Shown here: positions 53,164 through 62,621 of the stretch, piece by piece
How the letters are laid out: every line of letters begins with the position of its first letter
Position numbering within the stretch: position 1 is the stretch's first letter
Virus record (IMG/VR): IMGVR_UViG_3300042520_003271
Coordinates: 1-64,000 of that record
DNA: 64,000 nt
Source of the DNA: a virus
Reading direction: 5' to 3' (one strand)
Notes under the pieces: model-generated
Told to the model about the DNA's origin: nothing
Database searches by the model: none
The model's input: the letters and a program-made list of their open reading frames with translations, nothing else
Translations under genes and position numbers: made by a program

Positions 53164-53368
53164 AGGCTTTCTAGGCCAAAAAATGCGTGAAGTCTTCGAC
53201 AATAATTATTTTAATCCTGGGAGACAGCCTTCAGGATTTCTACCTCCATCCGGCTTTGATATCGGTAACAGCCAGAAGGGTGCTACCTCCTATTCTACAG
53301 GAGTTCCAGTTAGCGAAAGGCACCGACAATTTTTTGGGATGGGAAATAGGCCATACACTATTAGATAG
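53150..53368 (+). CDS. Small hypothetical protein, possible internal head protein
   Basis: Start MNLNEGF behind AAGGA. Confidence 0.5.
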   Translation: MNLNEGFLGQKMREVFDNNYFNPGRQPSGFLPPSGFDIGNSQKGATSYSTGVPVSERHRQFFGMGNRPYTIR

Positions 53369-54161
53369 ATATCATACCACCGCCAGCACATTTTGGACAA
53401 CTTGATTCGTTTTTACCATTTCTAACCAAACCGCTACCTCTACAAATCGGACAAGGCCTGGTCGTGTCTGCGTAGCCATTTTGGGAAAAATTCGCGAATT
53501 TATCGGATTTGCTCTCTTGAGCCATCTTTTTAAACCGCGCTTGTAATTTATCGTCATTTTCAGCTTTATTTATCATAATGTGCGTTTCGCCGAGACCATC
53601 TACCCTTTTCTGTGGGATAGCGATTGGTTGGCCGCCACGTCCTTCGACCATAGCCATCTTTACTTTTCCGATCCTAGCGTTTTCAGGTAGCTTATCTCCT
53701 AGACTATTAAAATCATATGACTGATGAGCCGAGACATTACCCATTTCCGTCGATCCCCCCACTGATCTCATCACTTTTTTATCGATTATCTCTGTCGGGA
53801 TCATATTCTCGTCGTCTTCCGTTATTATTTCTTTTGTAATTTGTACTCTAGCAGGCTGGCTGGTCGGTTGATTAGGAATATGTAAAACTTCTGGTGCTAC
53901 GTGTATCTCCGTGGCCGTAAGAATCGATTTGCCAGACGGATTTAAAAGGCTAGATAGATCTATACTATATCCTAGCTCTTTAGCTTGTTTTATTAAATTA
54001 TCTAGATCTACTTTTTTCTGAGCATATGCTTCCTTAAGCTGTTTAATCGAAGAATCAGAATGGACTTCACATAAATGGATGTCGACCTTCTTGCCGTCTT
54101 CCATCTGTATTGTTAGTTGAGAATTATCGCTGGCATCGTCGGTACATAAGAAACATTTCAT
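53361..54161 (-). CDS. Hypothetical protein with N-terminal CxxC..CxxH and C-terminal DnaJ-type zinc-finger motifs
   Basis: MKCFLC...LCEVH; CPICRGSG...CPKCAGGG; GGAGG RBS. Confidence 0.65.
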   Translation of the reverse strand: MKCFLCTDDASDNSQLTIQMEDGKKVDIHLCEVHSDSSIKQLKEAYAQKKVDLDNLIKQAKELGYSIDLSSLLNPSGKSILTATEIHVAPEVLHIPNQPTSQPARVQITKEIITEDDENMIPTEIIDKKVMRSVGGSTEMGNVSAHQSYDFNSLGDKLPENARIGKVKMAMVEGRGGQPIAIPQKRVDGLGETHIMINKAENDDKLQARFKKMAQESKSDKFANFSQNGYADTTRPCPICRGSGLVRNGKNESSCPKCAGGGMISI

Positions 54162-54172
54162 AAAGGACCTCC

Positions 54173-54589
54173 ATGACTAAGTACACTATCATCGACATAG
54201 ATCTAAATATTAATATTGATGAATTAGCGACAGAGAATGCTCTGTATTTGACAGGTAAAGCCGGCGAAATACTTAAAGATACTATCCAAGACATTAAAGA
54301 TCTAGCAGGTGCTGTCGAAGATAAGAAGAAAGAAAAAGACGTAGACAATGATTTTATTTATAAACTATTTAAAGATAACAAAGGCAGATTATCCAAAGCA
54401 GATCTATCTCAATATATTCCCAAAAGATTTAAAACTTTCTCGACGATGATTATGAGATTTGGGAATTACCTCAGAAGGAGAGGAGAATTCGAGTATCTTC
54501 GCAAAGTAGAAAACAAGGATGAATTCGCATATTATCTTGAAAGCATGCCATCAGACAGCGACACGCTTACTTCTCAAGAGCAGCCTTAA
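54173..54589 (+). CDS. Hypothetical protein, possible winged-helix
   Basis: 138-aa ORF with AAGGA RBS; IYKLF..NKGRLSKADL segment. Confidence 0.55.
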   Translation: MTKYTIIDIDLNINIDELATENALYLTGKAGEILKDTIQDIKDLAGAVEDKKKEKDVDNDFIYKLFKDNKGRLSKADLSQYIPKRFKTFSTMIMRFGNYLRRRGEFEYLRKVENKDEFAYYLESMPSDSDTLTSQEQP

Positions 54590-55283
54590 ATGATTCTATG
54601 TTTTCGGGGGTGTCAATACCTATTGTTTCATAGTTAATTCTCACCATTTTTATGGCGTAGCCGTTCTCCAACCAAGATAATTGTTCAAGATTTTCTGATT
54701 TCTGATAATTACTGCTAGTCGGTAAATCTGCCAAAACATCTCTTTTATAACCATAGATCCCGATGTGTTTACATGCTGAAGTGAATCCACCGTGTGGTAT
54801 AGAAGATCTGCTAAAATATAACGCCATGTCGAAAACGTTTAACACTACCTTAACAGTATTCGGATCATTGTATTCTGCTTCGTTTCTGATAAAGGAATAG
54901 GCGCTGGCTAATACGATATCATTACTTATTTCGCCAAAAACGGCGTCGATACTATCGGCCTTAAATAGTGGTTCATCGGCTTGAAGATTTACAACTCTTG
55001 CATAGCCATTAAGCAATTCTTTTGATATATGCCTAACACGCTCGGTGCCGTTATTAAACTGTGGGGTCCGAATACAATCTACATCATAACCAAGACTATC
55101 GACGAATCTTTTAATATCTAAGTCTTCTGTCGCTACTATTATGCGATTTTTCTTCTTGCTAGCCAAAGCATTTTCAATAGTATACTGGATGATCGGCTTG
55201 CCTTTAACTTCGATAAGCAGTTTTTTCTTTAATCTTGTCGATTTTAATCTGGCTGGAATAATAATAGCATTTGATTTAATCAT
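54567..55283 (-). CDS. kdsB: CMP-Kdo synthetase-like cytidylyltransferase
   Basis: IIIPARLKSTRL..K.L, VATED, NGTER, VNLQADEP, DPNTVKVV, ALYFSRSSIP, KHIGIYGY, SENLEQL.WLENG, GIDTPE. Confidence 0.92.
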   Translation of the reverse strand: MIKSNAIIIPARLKSTRLKKKLLIEVKGKPIIQYTIENALASKKKNRIIVATEDLDIKRFVDSLGYDVDCIRTPQFNNGTERVRHISKELLNGYARVVNLQADEPLFKADSIDAVFGEISNDIVLASAYSFIRNEAEYNDPNTVKVVLNVFDMALYFSRSSIPHGGFTSACKHIGIYGYKRDVLADLPTSSNYQKSENLEQLSWLENGYAIKMVRINYETIGIDTPENIESFKAALEK

Positions 55284-56209
55284 TTTTTAAATCCGGTGTC
55301 AAGGGTATTTAATAATCTTAAAAAACAACTCGCAACATCTAAACAAGGGTCCCATATAGCATAGCTACCAATCGGATGTATGTTCTCTTTTTTGAATATG
55401 CTTATGTCGATAGAATTCCCAAGTATTAAAGCCTGTTTAACCATAGTACCGTCTATTATTTCGAATTTTTTTAGAAAATTCTGCATATATATACCAGGGT
55501 GTAACATGTCTTTCAGAAAATAGAATAGATAACGACTCGGCGCGATGTTTGATACTTTAAAAAACTCGATATTACTATCTGCTACCATGATCTGGTTCGC
55601 GCCCTCGAAATCTAATTCTTCGGTATACAAATGCACATAATGCATGTCTTTTGATTTTAGCAAGCTGGTACGTCCTGTAAGACCATAAAGCACATCAGCA
55701 GGGATGGTGCTAATAATGTTATCATATGGTTTTCGTTCATCGCCAAAGTAAATGTATCCATCTCTGATCGAAGTCGGTAGGCCAGCGGTAGCATTTTGCT
55801 TTAGCATGGGTAAGTATAGATCTAATAATGCTTTATATATTTCACTTATTCTCACATTATTATAAATCTGAAAGATGTCTTTTTGTAAGAAATATGGTAT
55901 GCTTTGACCTGGTACATCATTACCATACACTTTATCTAACCAATCATTTATTACTATCTTGTCGCCATTTGTCGACAATATTCCATTCATCGACCATGAT
56001 CTTTTATAAAATATCGAATTTACTAACTTTCCTGGCAATAATTTATCTATAATATAGTCTAAACGCTCATGCCTGCATAAGAAGTTATCATCCAATGGTG
56101 GATTGCTTGAGAAAAATCTGCTCTTATAAAAAGGTACTACTTGCCAATCAGCCCCAAGAATGTGTCGAGCAGTTAGACCAACTATGCCAGACCCTAAGAT
56201 GTAATTCAT
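55280..56209 (-). CDS. FAD-dependent oxidoreductase (UDP-galactopyranose mutase/HemY-like)
   Basis: N-term ILGSGIVGL dinucleotide motif, YDNIISTIP, C-term IGSYAIW. Confidence 0.6.
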   Translation of the reverse strand: MNYILGSGIVGLTARHILGADWQVVPFYKSRFFSSNPPLDDNFLCRHERLDYIIDKLLPGKLVNSIFYKRSWSMNGILSTNGDKIVINDWLDKVYGNDVPGQSIPYFLQKDIFQIYNNVRISEIYKALLDLYLPMLKQNATAGLPTSIRDGYIYFGDERKPYDNIISTIPADVLYGLTGRTSLLKSKDMHYVHLYTEELDFEGANQIMVADSNIEFFKVSNIAPSRYLFYFLKDMLHPGIYMQNFLKKFEIIDGTMVKQALILGNSIDISIFKKENIHPIGSYAIWDPCLDVASCFLRLLNTLDTGFKK

Positions 56210-56213
56210 ATGC

Positions 56214-56738
56214 TTATTCTAATAGGTCATCGTCATTGAATGGTTCACTAGCTAATTTCATGATGTTGTCTTCATTCGAGACAACATCATTAGTCTTTGC
56301 TTTAATATCTACCTTACATAGTTTCTTGGGCGTTACTTTTTTATCAGCCTTAATAGTTCCAGTCTTTACCGGTGTACTAGCTATTTGTGGATATAAGAAG
56401 GTATCTAGACTTAGATCTTCAAGAAATGGATTAAGGAATGGGTCTTCATAATGTATATTATCGGTCTGTATTTCATCTCTTGTTTTTCTTATACCTTTAA
56501 AGCATTCACAATAATAGTAACCATTAAGGTCATACATATCTAATATTTCGACCAAAGAGGCGCAATTGGGGCATGTAAGAACAGCCTTCGTAGCTCTAAC
56601 TTGATCGCCAAGCGCGCTCTTCTTGGTGTGTTGATCGACCATATAAGAATTCCATTCTGTCGGCCTCGCATGCGTTAAGACATTATTCAATAGTATTTCA
56701 TGTAAATCGTATGGGTTAGCTGGTAACATTCCAATCAC
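56214..56738 (-). CDS. Hypothetical protein with zinc-ribbon motif
   Basis: CPNC...CEC; start may be MLPANP at 56729. Confidence 0.55.
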   Translation of the reverse strand: MIGMLPANPYDLHEILLNNVLTHARPTEWNSYMVDQHTKKSALGDQVRATKAVLTCPNCASLVEILDMYDLNGYYYCECFKGIRKTRDEIQTDNIHYEDPFLNPFLEDLSLDTFLYPQIASTPVKTGTIKADKKVTPKKLCKVDIKAKTNDVVSNEDNIMKLASEPFNDDDLLE

Positions 56739-57261
56739 TTCCTTCTTGATGTTTATACTTTTCTTTTCTGACAGCGAAGCTATTCAAGATCTCTGGTGTT
56801 AAAAAGATCTCTATTAACTTTTTATCAGTATGTACTTCAGCTTTCCTAACATATTTCACAGACCCGCACTTACATACTGTTGTCGGTGAGTGGGCTTGAA
56901 GACCGCACTGTTCGCAAGTGAATGGCACACCGGTTTGCTTTACAGTAGCACCAGTCACAGTAGCATAATAATATGTTTTTAATAGCATAAGGTCTATACC
57001 AGATAAATCACAATATCTAGATCCTGTCTTTTTACTTGTATTTTGGTTAATTTCTACTATTTTGTCTTGAAGTTTTTCATAGCATAAGCTGCAATAATCG
57101 AACGTGTCGACCACTGGTGACGAATCTAAATCTCGTAATGTTAAATGCTGCCCGAATTTCGATTTAGCGCTTCTAAAATCTATCGAATAGTATGTAAAAT
57201 CTTCGTGGAACTGTAGCCCGCAACCGTCGCATTTAATCCCGTCTTTCGTCGGCAGCTGCAT
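56716..57261 (-). CDS. Cys-rich zinc-binding hypothetical protein
   Basis: CDGC, CSLC, CDLS, CEQC, CKC. Confidence 0.6.
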   Translation of the reverse strand: MQLPTKDGIKCDGCGLQFHEDFTYYSIDFRSAKSKFGQHLTLRDLDSSPVVDTFDYCSLCYEKLQDKIVEINQNTSKKTGSRYCDLSGIDLMLLKTYYYATVTGATVKQTGVPFTCEQCGLQAHSPTTVCKCGSVKYVRKAEVHTDKKLIEIFLTPEILNSFAVRKEKYKHQEGSDWNVTS

Positions 57262-59956
57262 TAATTTGCTTTCTCTTCAGGATGTTGATTGAGGTATTGC
57301 GCCGTAAAGAAAAACTATTTCTCTCACCATCATAATCGACAATTACTCTAATTCCAGCGCCAATAACTAATTTAGTCTTGTCTAAACCCGATAATTCTTT
57401 AGACCACACCATAATGCTTGTCTTTAACATACCATCAGACGCAGATATCTTGGCGTATGGTTTATTATTCTTTGAAGTAGCGTATTCTATATTTACAATT
57501 ATACCTTCGATGGCTATGATGTCTTGGCCAGATTTCGCATTAGATTTTGCGGCAGCGATTGTAAGGTCACCTCTACTGTAAAACAGCCCTAAAGGTGAAT
57601 CGATATAATATCCCAAATATTCGTTCTGAAATTCTAATCTTTCCTCGAAACTGAAATCATCGCCGATAGCGCCAAGAACGGCACAAAAATCAATGATTGG
57701 CTCTGGTTTCCAATTCAGTAATTTTTTGGGTATTGCCTTTTTCTTAGGATAGATTATTCTGTATTCGCTGACGAGTCTTTCTCTCTCAGCCGCAATAGAG
57801 CCCTCATTCCATCCTTGTTTAGAAATAATGAGGTGGGAGATGAAGTTTTTAGTCTCCTTTGCTTCTGGCCCATTGCCATACTTCGTTTGATAATAAACCC
57901 ACAAAGCCTTGCTATTATTGTGTCTTTCAAGATTTCTGAATGCCCCAAGCTTAATTAACCGTTCTAATACCGTTTTAGATTTTATTCCGGTTTTTAAAAT
58001 AAAATCATCCATGCTTGCATATTTGTGTGTAGTGATTAGACATTCAGCTATCTTTTCACCAAATCCCTTTATACTGCTGACACCAACAAATATCGTGTTA
58101 TCTTTTACTATGAATTTTAATGACAAATTATTGATATCGATGGCTTCAAACCGTAACGGGTCATCTGATCTGCTTGAACCGAGTTTTGTTATCGCTGTTG
58201 GCTTCCATTCTTCAGATCTCGCTACACCCATGTAACGCACGAGCTTGTCCGGATGACAATCATTCATGACAGATGCCCAAAACTCTGGAGCAAAATGCGC
58301 CTTTAAAAATAAGCATCGAAGAGTTACTAAACAATAAGCGACAGAATGTGATTTATTAAATGCGTAGCGGCCGAAAGACACCATTTTAGACCATATAGCA
58401 CGTGCTTCGTCTTCGCCGATGGTTTTTGATGCGCCGGCCACCCACTTCTGCTCAACGCTTCTAAGTTTATGTGTCCACTTTTTAGCAACGGCCTTTCTTG
58501 TCTCTTGTGCTTCTGGTGCTGTAAAACCCGCAAGCCTTTGCCATAATTGTGTCAATTGCTCTTGGTAAACTAATTGCCCATATGTTTCTTTAAGAATATT
58601 ATAGACTTCTGGGTGCATGCGCTTCTTCCAAGCCATAGTGGGATCGTCGCGGTTAGCCATGGTTTCTGGTAACGCGGCGATCGGCCCTGGATGGCCCATG
58701 GCATTTATTAACATTAAATCTTCGAAATTTCTAACACCGTGAGCTAGTAGGGACATGGCCAATTCGGTATCGAATTGGAAGATGCCATCGCATTTTTGAG
58801 TATTTGCTAGCTTTAGAGCACCATCATCATCGAGACTTATAATATGCTTAACACCGGAAGCATCGATAAAAAAGCCGGCTTTACGTTGTTTAGGATCGAT
58901 GTCTTCCCAGCCCGATAGATTCTCGCCAAAATTGATGTCACGATTAAACTTGACCATCTCACAACATCTAAAAATATATTCTAAGGTTTTTAATCCTAGC
59001 CAATCCCATTTTACATAGCCAAATTTAGACAATTGTGTGCTTCTGCCCTCTGTCCACATGCTAACCCAGTAGCCTTTATTACTACTTTTGGCCATGGGTA
59101 TATTACCAAACAGTGCTCTGTCTGTTATTAATAATGCGCCAGCGTGCATGCCCATGTTTCTTATTCTGCCTACTAATTTTATCGCTGATGCTATGATTTC
59201 TGGGTTTTTAGTAGCAAAATCTTTAAGAACTGGTAGTTCTTCGATAAGTTGGCCGATAGTCGGAGCGTCTGTGACGGATTGCTTACACGATGGGCATACA
59301 GCTTCGCCGTGGATAGTGCCACACTCGGTCTCAACGCCTTCCTTTAGAAATTTACCTCTGCAGACTGATATGCCATTTTCTGGTAAATCATCAGCGTGCT
59401 CTGGTAATTGTGTGGTCGTTCTTTCAGCATCAAATCTAGACATTATTCCGAGAGCTACAGAGACATCAATTATTGCAGATTTAAATTTATAAGTTTGCCA
59501 TGTGCCAACGCTGCAAACAGAACCATAACTGTCTTCCGATTTTTGGCCATATTTAGAGATCACGTATTCTTTTAAATGATCTCTGGCGCCAGGCAAGCAA
59601 TCTATATCGATATCCGGCATGTCAGAATCTCTGTAGATTCCTGTCGGCATTTTACCGTTGTTTTTATCTTTATATTTAAGAACATCATTAGCAGATATGC
59701 TAGTCATTATATCGCTATGATCTGTAGAAATCGGATCTTCAGCTACTATATTTAAAAGATATGGCAGTAATAAACGATTTGGATTTTTTTCAAAAGATGC
59801 GCCTTCGGTCACTAATTCTAGCCAATAGCGTTCTGCTCCTTGCTTCTCTATTTCATAAATTTCGAATTTGAGTCTGTCTTTATATATTTGTGGTTTGTCT
59901 AAAACAAATTCACCAGCCTTCTCGACGATTTCTTCCCAAGATTTAATGTTTCGCAT
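57233..59956 (-). CDS. dnaE: DNA polymerase III alpha, C-terminal part (catalytic Asps, thumb, fingers, HhH, OB)
   Basis: MPDIDID, GMHAGALLI, VKWDWLGLKTL, GIFQF, ILKETYGQLVYQEQ, YAFNKSHSVAY, SIKGFG, LIKLGAF, EYLGYY, OB-like C-term. Confidence 0.92.
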   Translation of the reverse strand: MRNIKSWEEIVEKAGEFVLDKPQIYKDRLKFEIYEIEKQGAERYWLELVTEGASFEKNPNRLLLPYLLNIVAEDPISTDHSDIMTSISANDVLKYKDKNNGKMPTGIYRDSDMPDIDIDCLPGARDHLKEYVISKYGQKSEDSYGSVCSVGTWQTYKFKSAIIDVSVALGIMSRFDAERTTTQLPEHADDLPENGISVCRGKFLKEGVETECGTIHGEAVCPSCKQSVTDAPTIGQLIEELPVLKDFATKNPEIIASAIKLVGRIRNMGMHAGALLITDRALFGNIPMAKSSNKGYWVSMWTEGRSTQLSKFGYVKWDWLGLKTLEYIFRCCEMVKFNRDINFGENLSGWEDIDPKQRKAGFFIDASGVKHIISLDDDGALKLANTQKCDGIFQFDTELAMSLLAHGVRNFEDLMLINAMGHPGPIAALPETMANRDDPTMAWKKRMHPEVYNILKETYGQLVYQEQLTQLWQRLAGFTAPEAQETRKAVAKKWTHKLRSVEQKWVAGASKTIGEDEARAIWSKMVSFGRYAFNKSHSVAYCLVTLRCLFLKAHFAPEFWASVMNDCHPDKLVRYMGVARSEEWKPTAITKLGSSRSDDPLRFEAIDINNLSLKFIVKDNTIFVGVSSIKGFGEKIAECLITTHKYASMDDFILKTGIKSKTVLERLIKLGAFRNLERHNNSKALWVYYQTKYGNGPEAKETKNFISHLIISKQGWNEGSIAAERERLVSEYRIIYPKKKAIPKKLLNWKPEPIIDFCAVLGAIGDDFSFEERLEFQNEYLGYYIDSPLGLFYSRGDLTIAAAKSNAKSGQDIIAIEGIIVNIEYATSKNNKPYAKISASDGMLKTSIMVWSKELSGLDKTKLVIGAGIRVIVDYDGERNSFSLRRNTSINILKRKQINAAADERRD

Positions 59957-60287
59957 TTAAATGGTTCGTAAGCCCAGAAGTAGAGGTGAAGCTTTTACCG
60001 CATTTTTTGCAGCTTAGCTTCTTTATATCATTTTCAATACATTTAGATTCTTCAGCTGACGGGACAGAATCAAAATCGACGACAAAAGGTCTTTTAATGG
60101 TCATTTTCTTGGTTTTTTCATCTTGATGCGTAATGGCATAGTATAAATACTGTCCCTTAGAACGTATACCTTTAATCGTTTTAAGTCTTTCTTCGTTAGA
60201 TTTTAATCTTACTATATCAACAATATTTTCAGTGTGCGCTTCCATAATGATGAAAGCATATTTATCGTACTCACCTTTATGGTCCAT
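59943..60287 (-). CDS. Small protein with classical C2H2 zinc finger
   Basis: CKKCGKSFTSTSGLTNHLNAKH matches C-x2-C-x3-F-x5-L-x2-H-x4-H; GAGG RBS. Confidence 0.75.
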   Translation of the reverse strand: MDHKGEYDKYAFIIMEAHTENIVDIVRLKSNEERLKTIKGIRSKGQYLYYAITHQDEKTKKMTIKRPFVVDFDSVPSAEESKCIENDIKKLSCKKCGKSFTSTSGLTNHLNAKH

Positions 60288-60343
60288 AATTTCCTCATAA
60301 TATATAGAAGATCTTAACTACGCATTCTACTAGTAAAATTATT

Positions 60344-60781
60344 TTAATCGATTAGTACGGTGCCGGTATCGTGATATTCTGATTTGGACATCAATAAATA
60401 TTTTTTGATTTTATTAACATATTCATTGCCCAAAGCTAGCATGTTAGCATCAAAAAATACACTGTTATGACGTTGGCATATTTTAATAATACGTTTTTTT
60501 AAATCGTCGAAATAGAGTTTCTTATCGTCTGACGCGCCATATAAATCATTCGATTCAAACCCCAACATACTGATTCTGATCGTCTGATTGATATCTTTAA
60601 TCGCTGATAGGCCGACGAAGATAGCTTGATACTTATATATAGTGTCATCAGTCATTTTTAATTTAAATGCGATATCGCGCCGTTGTGTCTTATTTTTTTT
60701 ACCATTCTTCTTAATTAATGTAACGACAATCTTAGAATTAATTTTAGAATTATCTAATCTGTTTATTTGCATTTCTAACAT
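60344..60781 (-). CDS. Hypothetical basic protein
   Basis: 145-aa ORF. Confidence 0.55.
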   Translation of the reverse strand: MLEMQINRLDNSKINSKIVVTLIKKNGKKNKTQRRDIAFKLKMTDDTIYKYQAIFVGLSAIKDINQTIRISMLGFESNDLYGASDDKKLYFDDLKKRIIKICQRHNSVFFDANMLALGNEYVNKIKKYLLMSKSEYHDTGTVLID

Positions 60782-61206
60782 ATCTGGTTCCCATTTACAT
60801 CTTTTATTTTAATTTCTTCAGAAAGACCGCAGAAGTTAAATAGCGTCATCGCTTTAGCGACCTCAACTACAGCTTTGTCATATTTATCTTCTAGCTTAGT
60901 AACACCTACTGACTTAACATCTATCGTATGAGAATTAAGAGCATTTCTGGTATTAAGCATTGCTGATCCTAGTACTTTAGCTGAATCGGCGGCCTCTTTT
61001 TCTAGACGATCGATGGTCTCGACAATACTTGAAATGATATTGTTTATAATGTTTATTAGCAAATCGAAAGATTCTTTTTCTATTCTGACTTTATCGTCAT
61101 CTACAAGAATATCGATGAATTTTAGTGAAAAGCAACATAATGTTTCTGTTGGTTTTTGCATGACTTTTAAATGTGTTTTTAAAGCGTGCAATAAATACTT
61201 CTGCAA
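60775..61206 (-). CDS. Hypothetical helical protein
   Basis: 143-aa ORF; TTG start behind AGGAG at the end of dnaE-N. Confidence 0.55.
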   Translation of the reverse strand: MQKYLLHALKTHLKVMQKPTETLCCFSLKFIDILVDDDKVRIEKESFDLLINIINNIISSIVETIDRLEKEAADSAKVLGSAMLNTRNALNSHTIDVKSVGVTKLEDKYDKAVVEVAKAMTLFNFCGLSEEIKIKDVNGNQIC

Positions 61207-61207
61207 A

Positions 61208-62608
61208 CTAATCTCCTTTTGTCATCTTAACATTAAGCATATAACCACCGCGGCTCGGTGCTAAAAACCTATCAAACGAAAGACCCCAAGAAAGTGGGTC
61301 AACAGATGTAATATTTAATAAGTAGCATATCAAAGAACCACCAGCGCTGCCTCTAGCAGTGAAAGGCCAGCCTTGTTCTTTGCCATATTCAATAATATTT
61401 TTAGTAATCAGGAAGTAACTAGCAAAACCTTTTTCTATGAAGCGATTTAATTCGATCTTGGCTTGGTCTAAGTACGTGACTTCTCGTCCATCGATCAAGT
61501 ATTTAAGTTCGTTTTTATGGAGTCCTAGCGATATAAGCTTCGATGCGACCAAACGCCTTAATTCATTATCAGCGTCTACGATGGTCGGTATTTTAGGGTC
61601 AGTATCGAATTCGATATTTTCGCATTTGTCGGCTATTTCAAGCGTATGGTCACACATTAATTCGAATTCTCTAGCAGTATATCCTTTTGAATATTCAGTA
61701 CCATTATATCTACTCCACAGTTCGCTTCGCTGTTTAAAGTATTGCTCGTCACTGTTCGTGTGGAATAAATCCGGAGAGTCAACAGTTACGTCTTGAGCTA
61801 TCGCCATCATGATCTTCTGGATTTGAAAATCTTTTCTTTCCATGTAGTGCGAATCGTTTGCCAACACAGTCTTAATCTTGAAATGCTCGGCTAACATGAT
61901 CGATGTCTGAAATACAAACATATCGCCTTCTACCCCAGGCATTTGTAGTTCTATGTAATAGTCCTCTCCGAACGCTTCTTTGAATTTTTTGATGTTGGCG
62001 ATAGCGTTTTCTAGCCTTTCTTTTCGGCTAATTTCTCTGATAATATCGCCGGCTTTATTAACTATCGATTTAGTACGCAATTCATGACTTACTGGACCGT
62101 TAAGACAACCTGATAGAATGATAAGTCCTTCGCGATATTCGCATAGCTTCTCGAACCATATACGATTATACTGTTTGATAGATACGCCAAAAAGACCTGT
62201 CTCGTATGCTTGAGTAGTTAACTTTAGGAGATTCTCGAATCCGGTCTTGTTTTTGCAAATTACTGTAAGATGTCTATTTCTTATAATTCTTCCTGCTAAC
62301 TCTGGATTCTCTTTTCTCCATTCTTGCGATCTAACATTTATTCCACTCGCTAAAAGCTCTTGTCTCTTTAGTTCGAAATCATTATAGTATATCTCACACC
62401 CAGGGATGTATTTGACACCATATTGTTTAAAAGCAGCGTAGGCTTCAGGAACACTGGCCATATGACCGTGTTCGGTAATAGCCATCGCTTGATACTTCCT
62501 TTTATAACAAGCTTCGGCATATTGGGCCGGAGAGGCTACTCCATCGAGCATACTATAAAGTGTGTGTGAGTGAAGATGAACAAAATCTGATGAGCCTTGA
62601 TATTCCAT
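61208..62608 (-). CDS. dnaE: DNA polymerase III alpha, N-terminal part (PHP domain plus first palm segment)
   Basis: FVHLHSHTLYSMLDG, AITEHGHM, GCEIY, HLTV..KN..G..NL, SGCLNG, YYIELQ, NDSHY, ARGSAGGSLICYLLNITSVDP, FDRFL. Confidence 0.93.
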   Translation of the reverse strand: MEYQGSSDFVHLHSHTLYSMLDGVASPAQYAEACYKRKYQAMAITEHGHMASVPEAYAAFKQYGVKYIPGCEIYYNDFELKRQELLASGINVRSQEWRKENPELAGRIIRNRHLTVICKNKTGFENLLKLTTQAYETGLFGVSIKQYNRIWFEKLCEYREGLIILSGCLNGPVSHELRTKSIVNKAGDIIREISRKERLENAIANIKKFKEAFGEDYYIELQMPGVEGDMFVFQTSIMLAEHFKIKTVLANDSHYMERKDFQIQKIMMAIAQDVTVDSPDLFHTNSDEQYFKQRSELWSRYNGTEYSKGYTAREFELMCDHTLEIADKCENIEFDTDPKIPTIVDADNELRRLVASKLISLGLHKNELKYLIDGREVTYLDQAKIELNRFIEKGFASYFLITKNIIEYGKEQGWPFTARGSAGGSLICYLLNITSVDPLSWGLSFDRFLAPSRGGYMLNVKMTKGD

Positions 62609-62621
62609 ATTATCTCCTATA

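Noticed and set aside
59957-61207. Intein or group I intron explaining the dnaE split
   Set aside because: No intein Cys/Ser start or His-Asn end, no homing-endonuclease motif, and no in-frame U/G splice junction found at the expected site. RT-PCR would be needed to exclude splicing fully.
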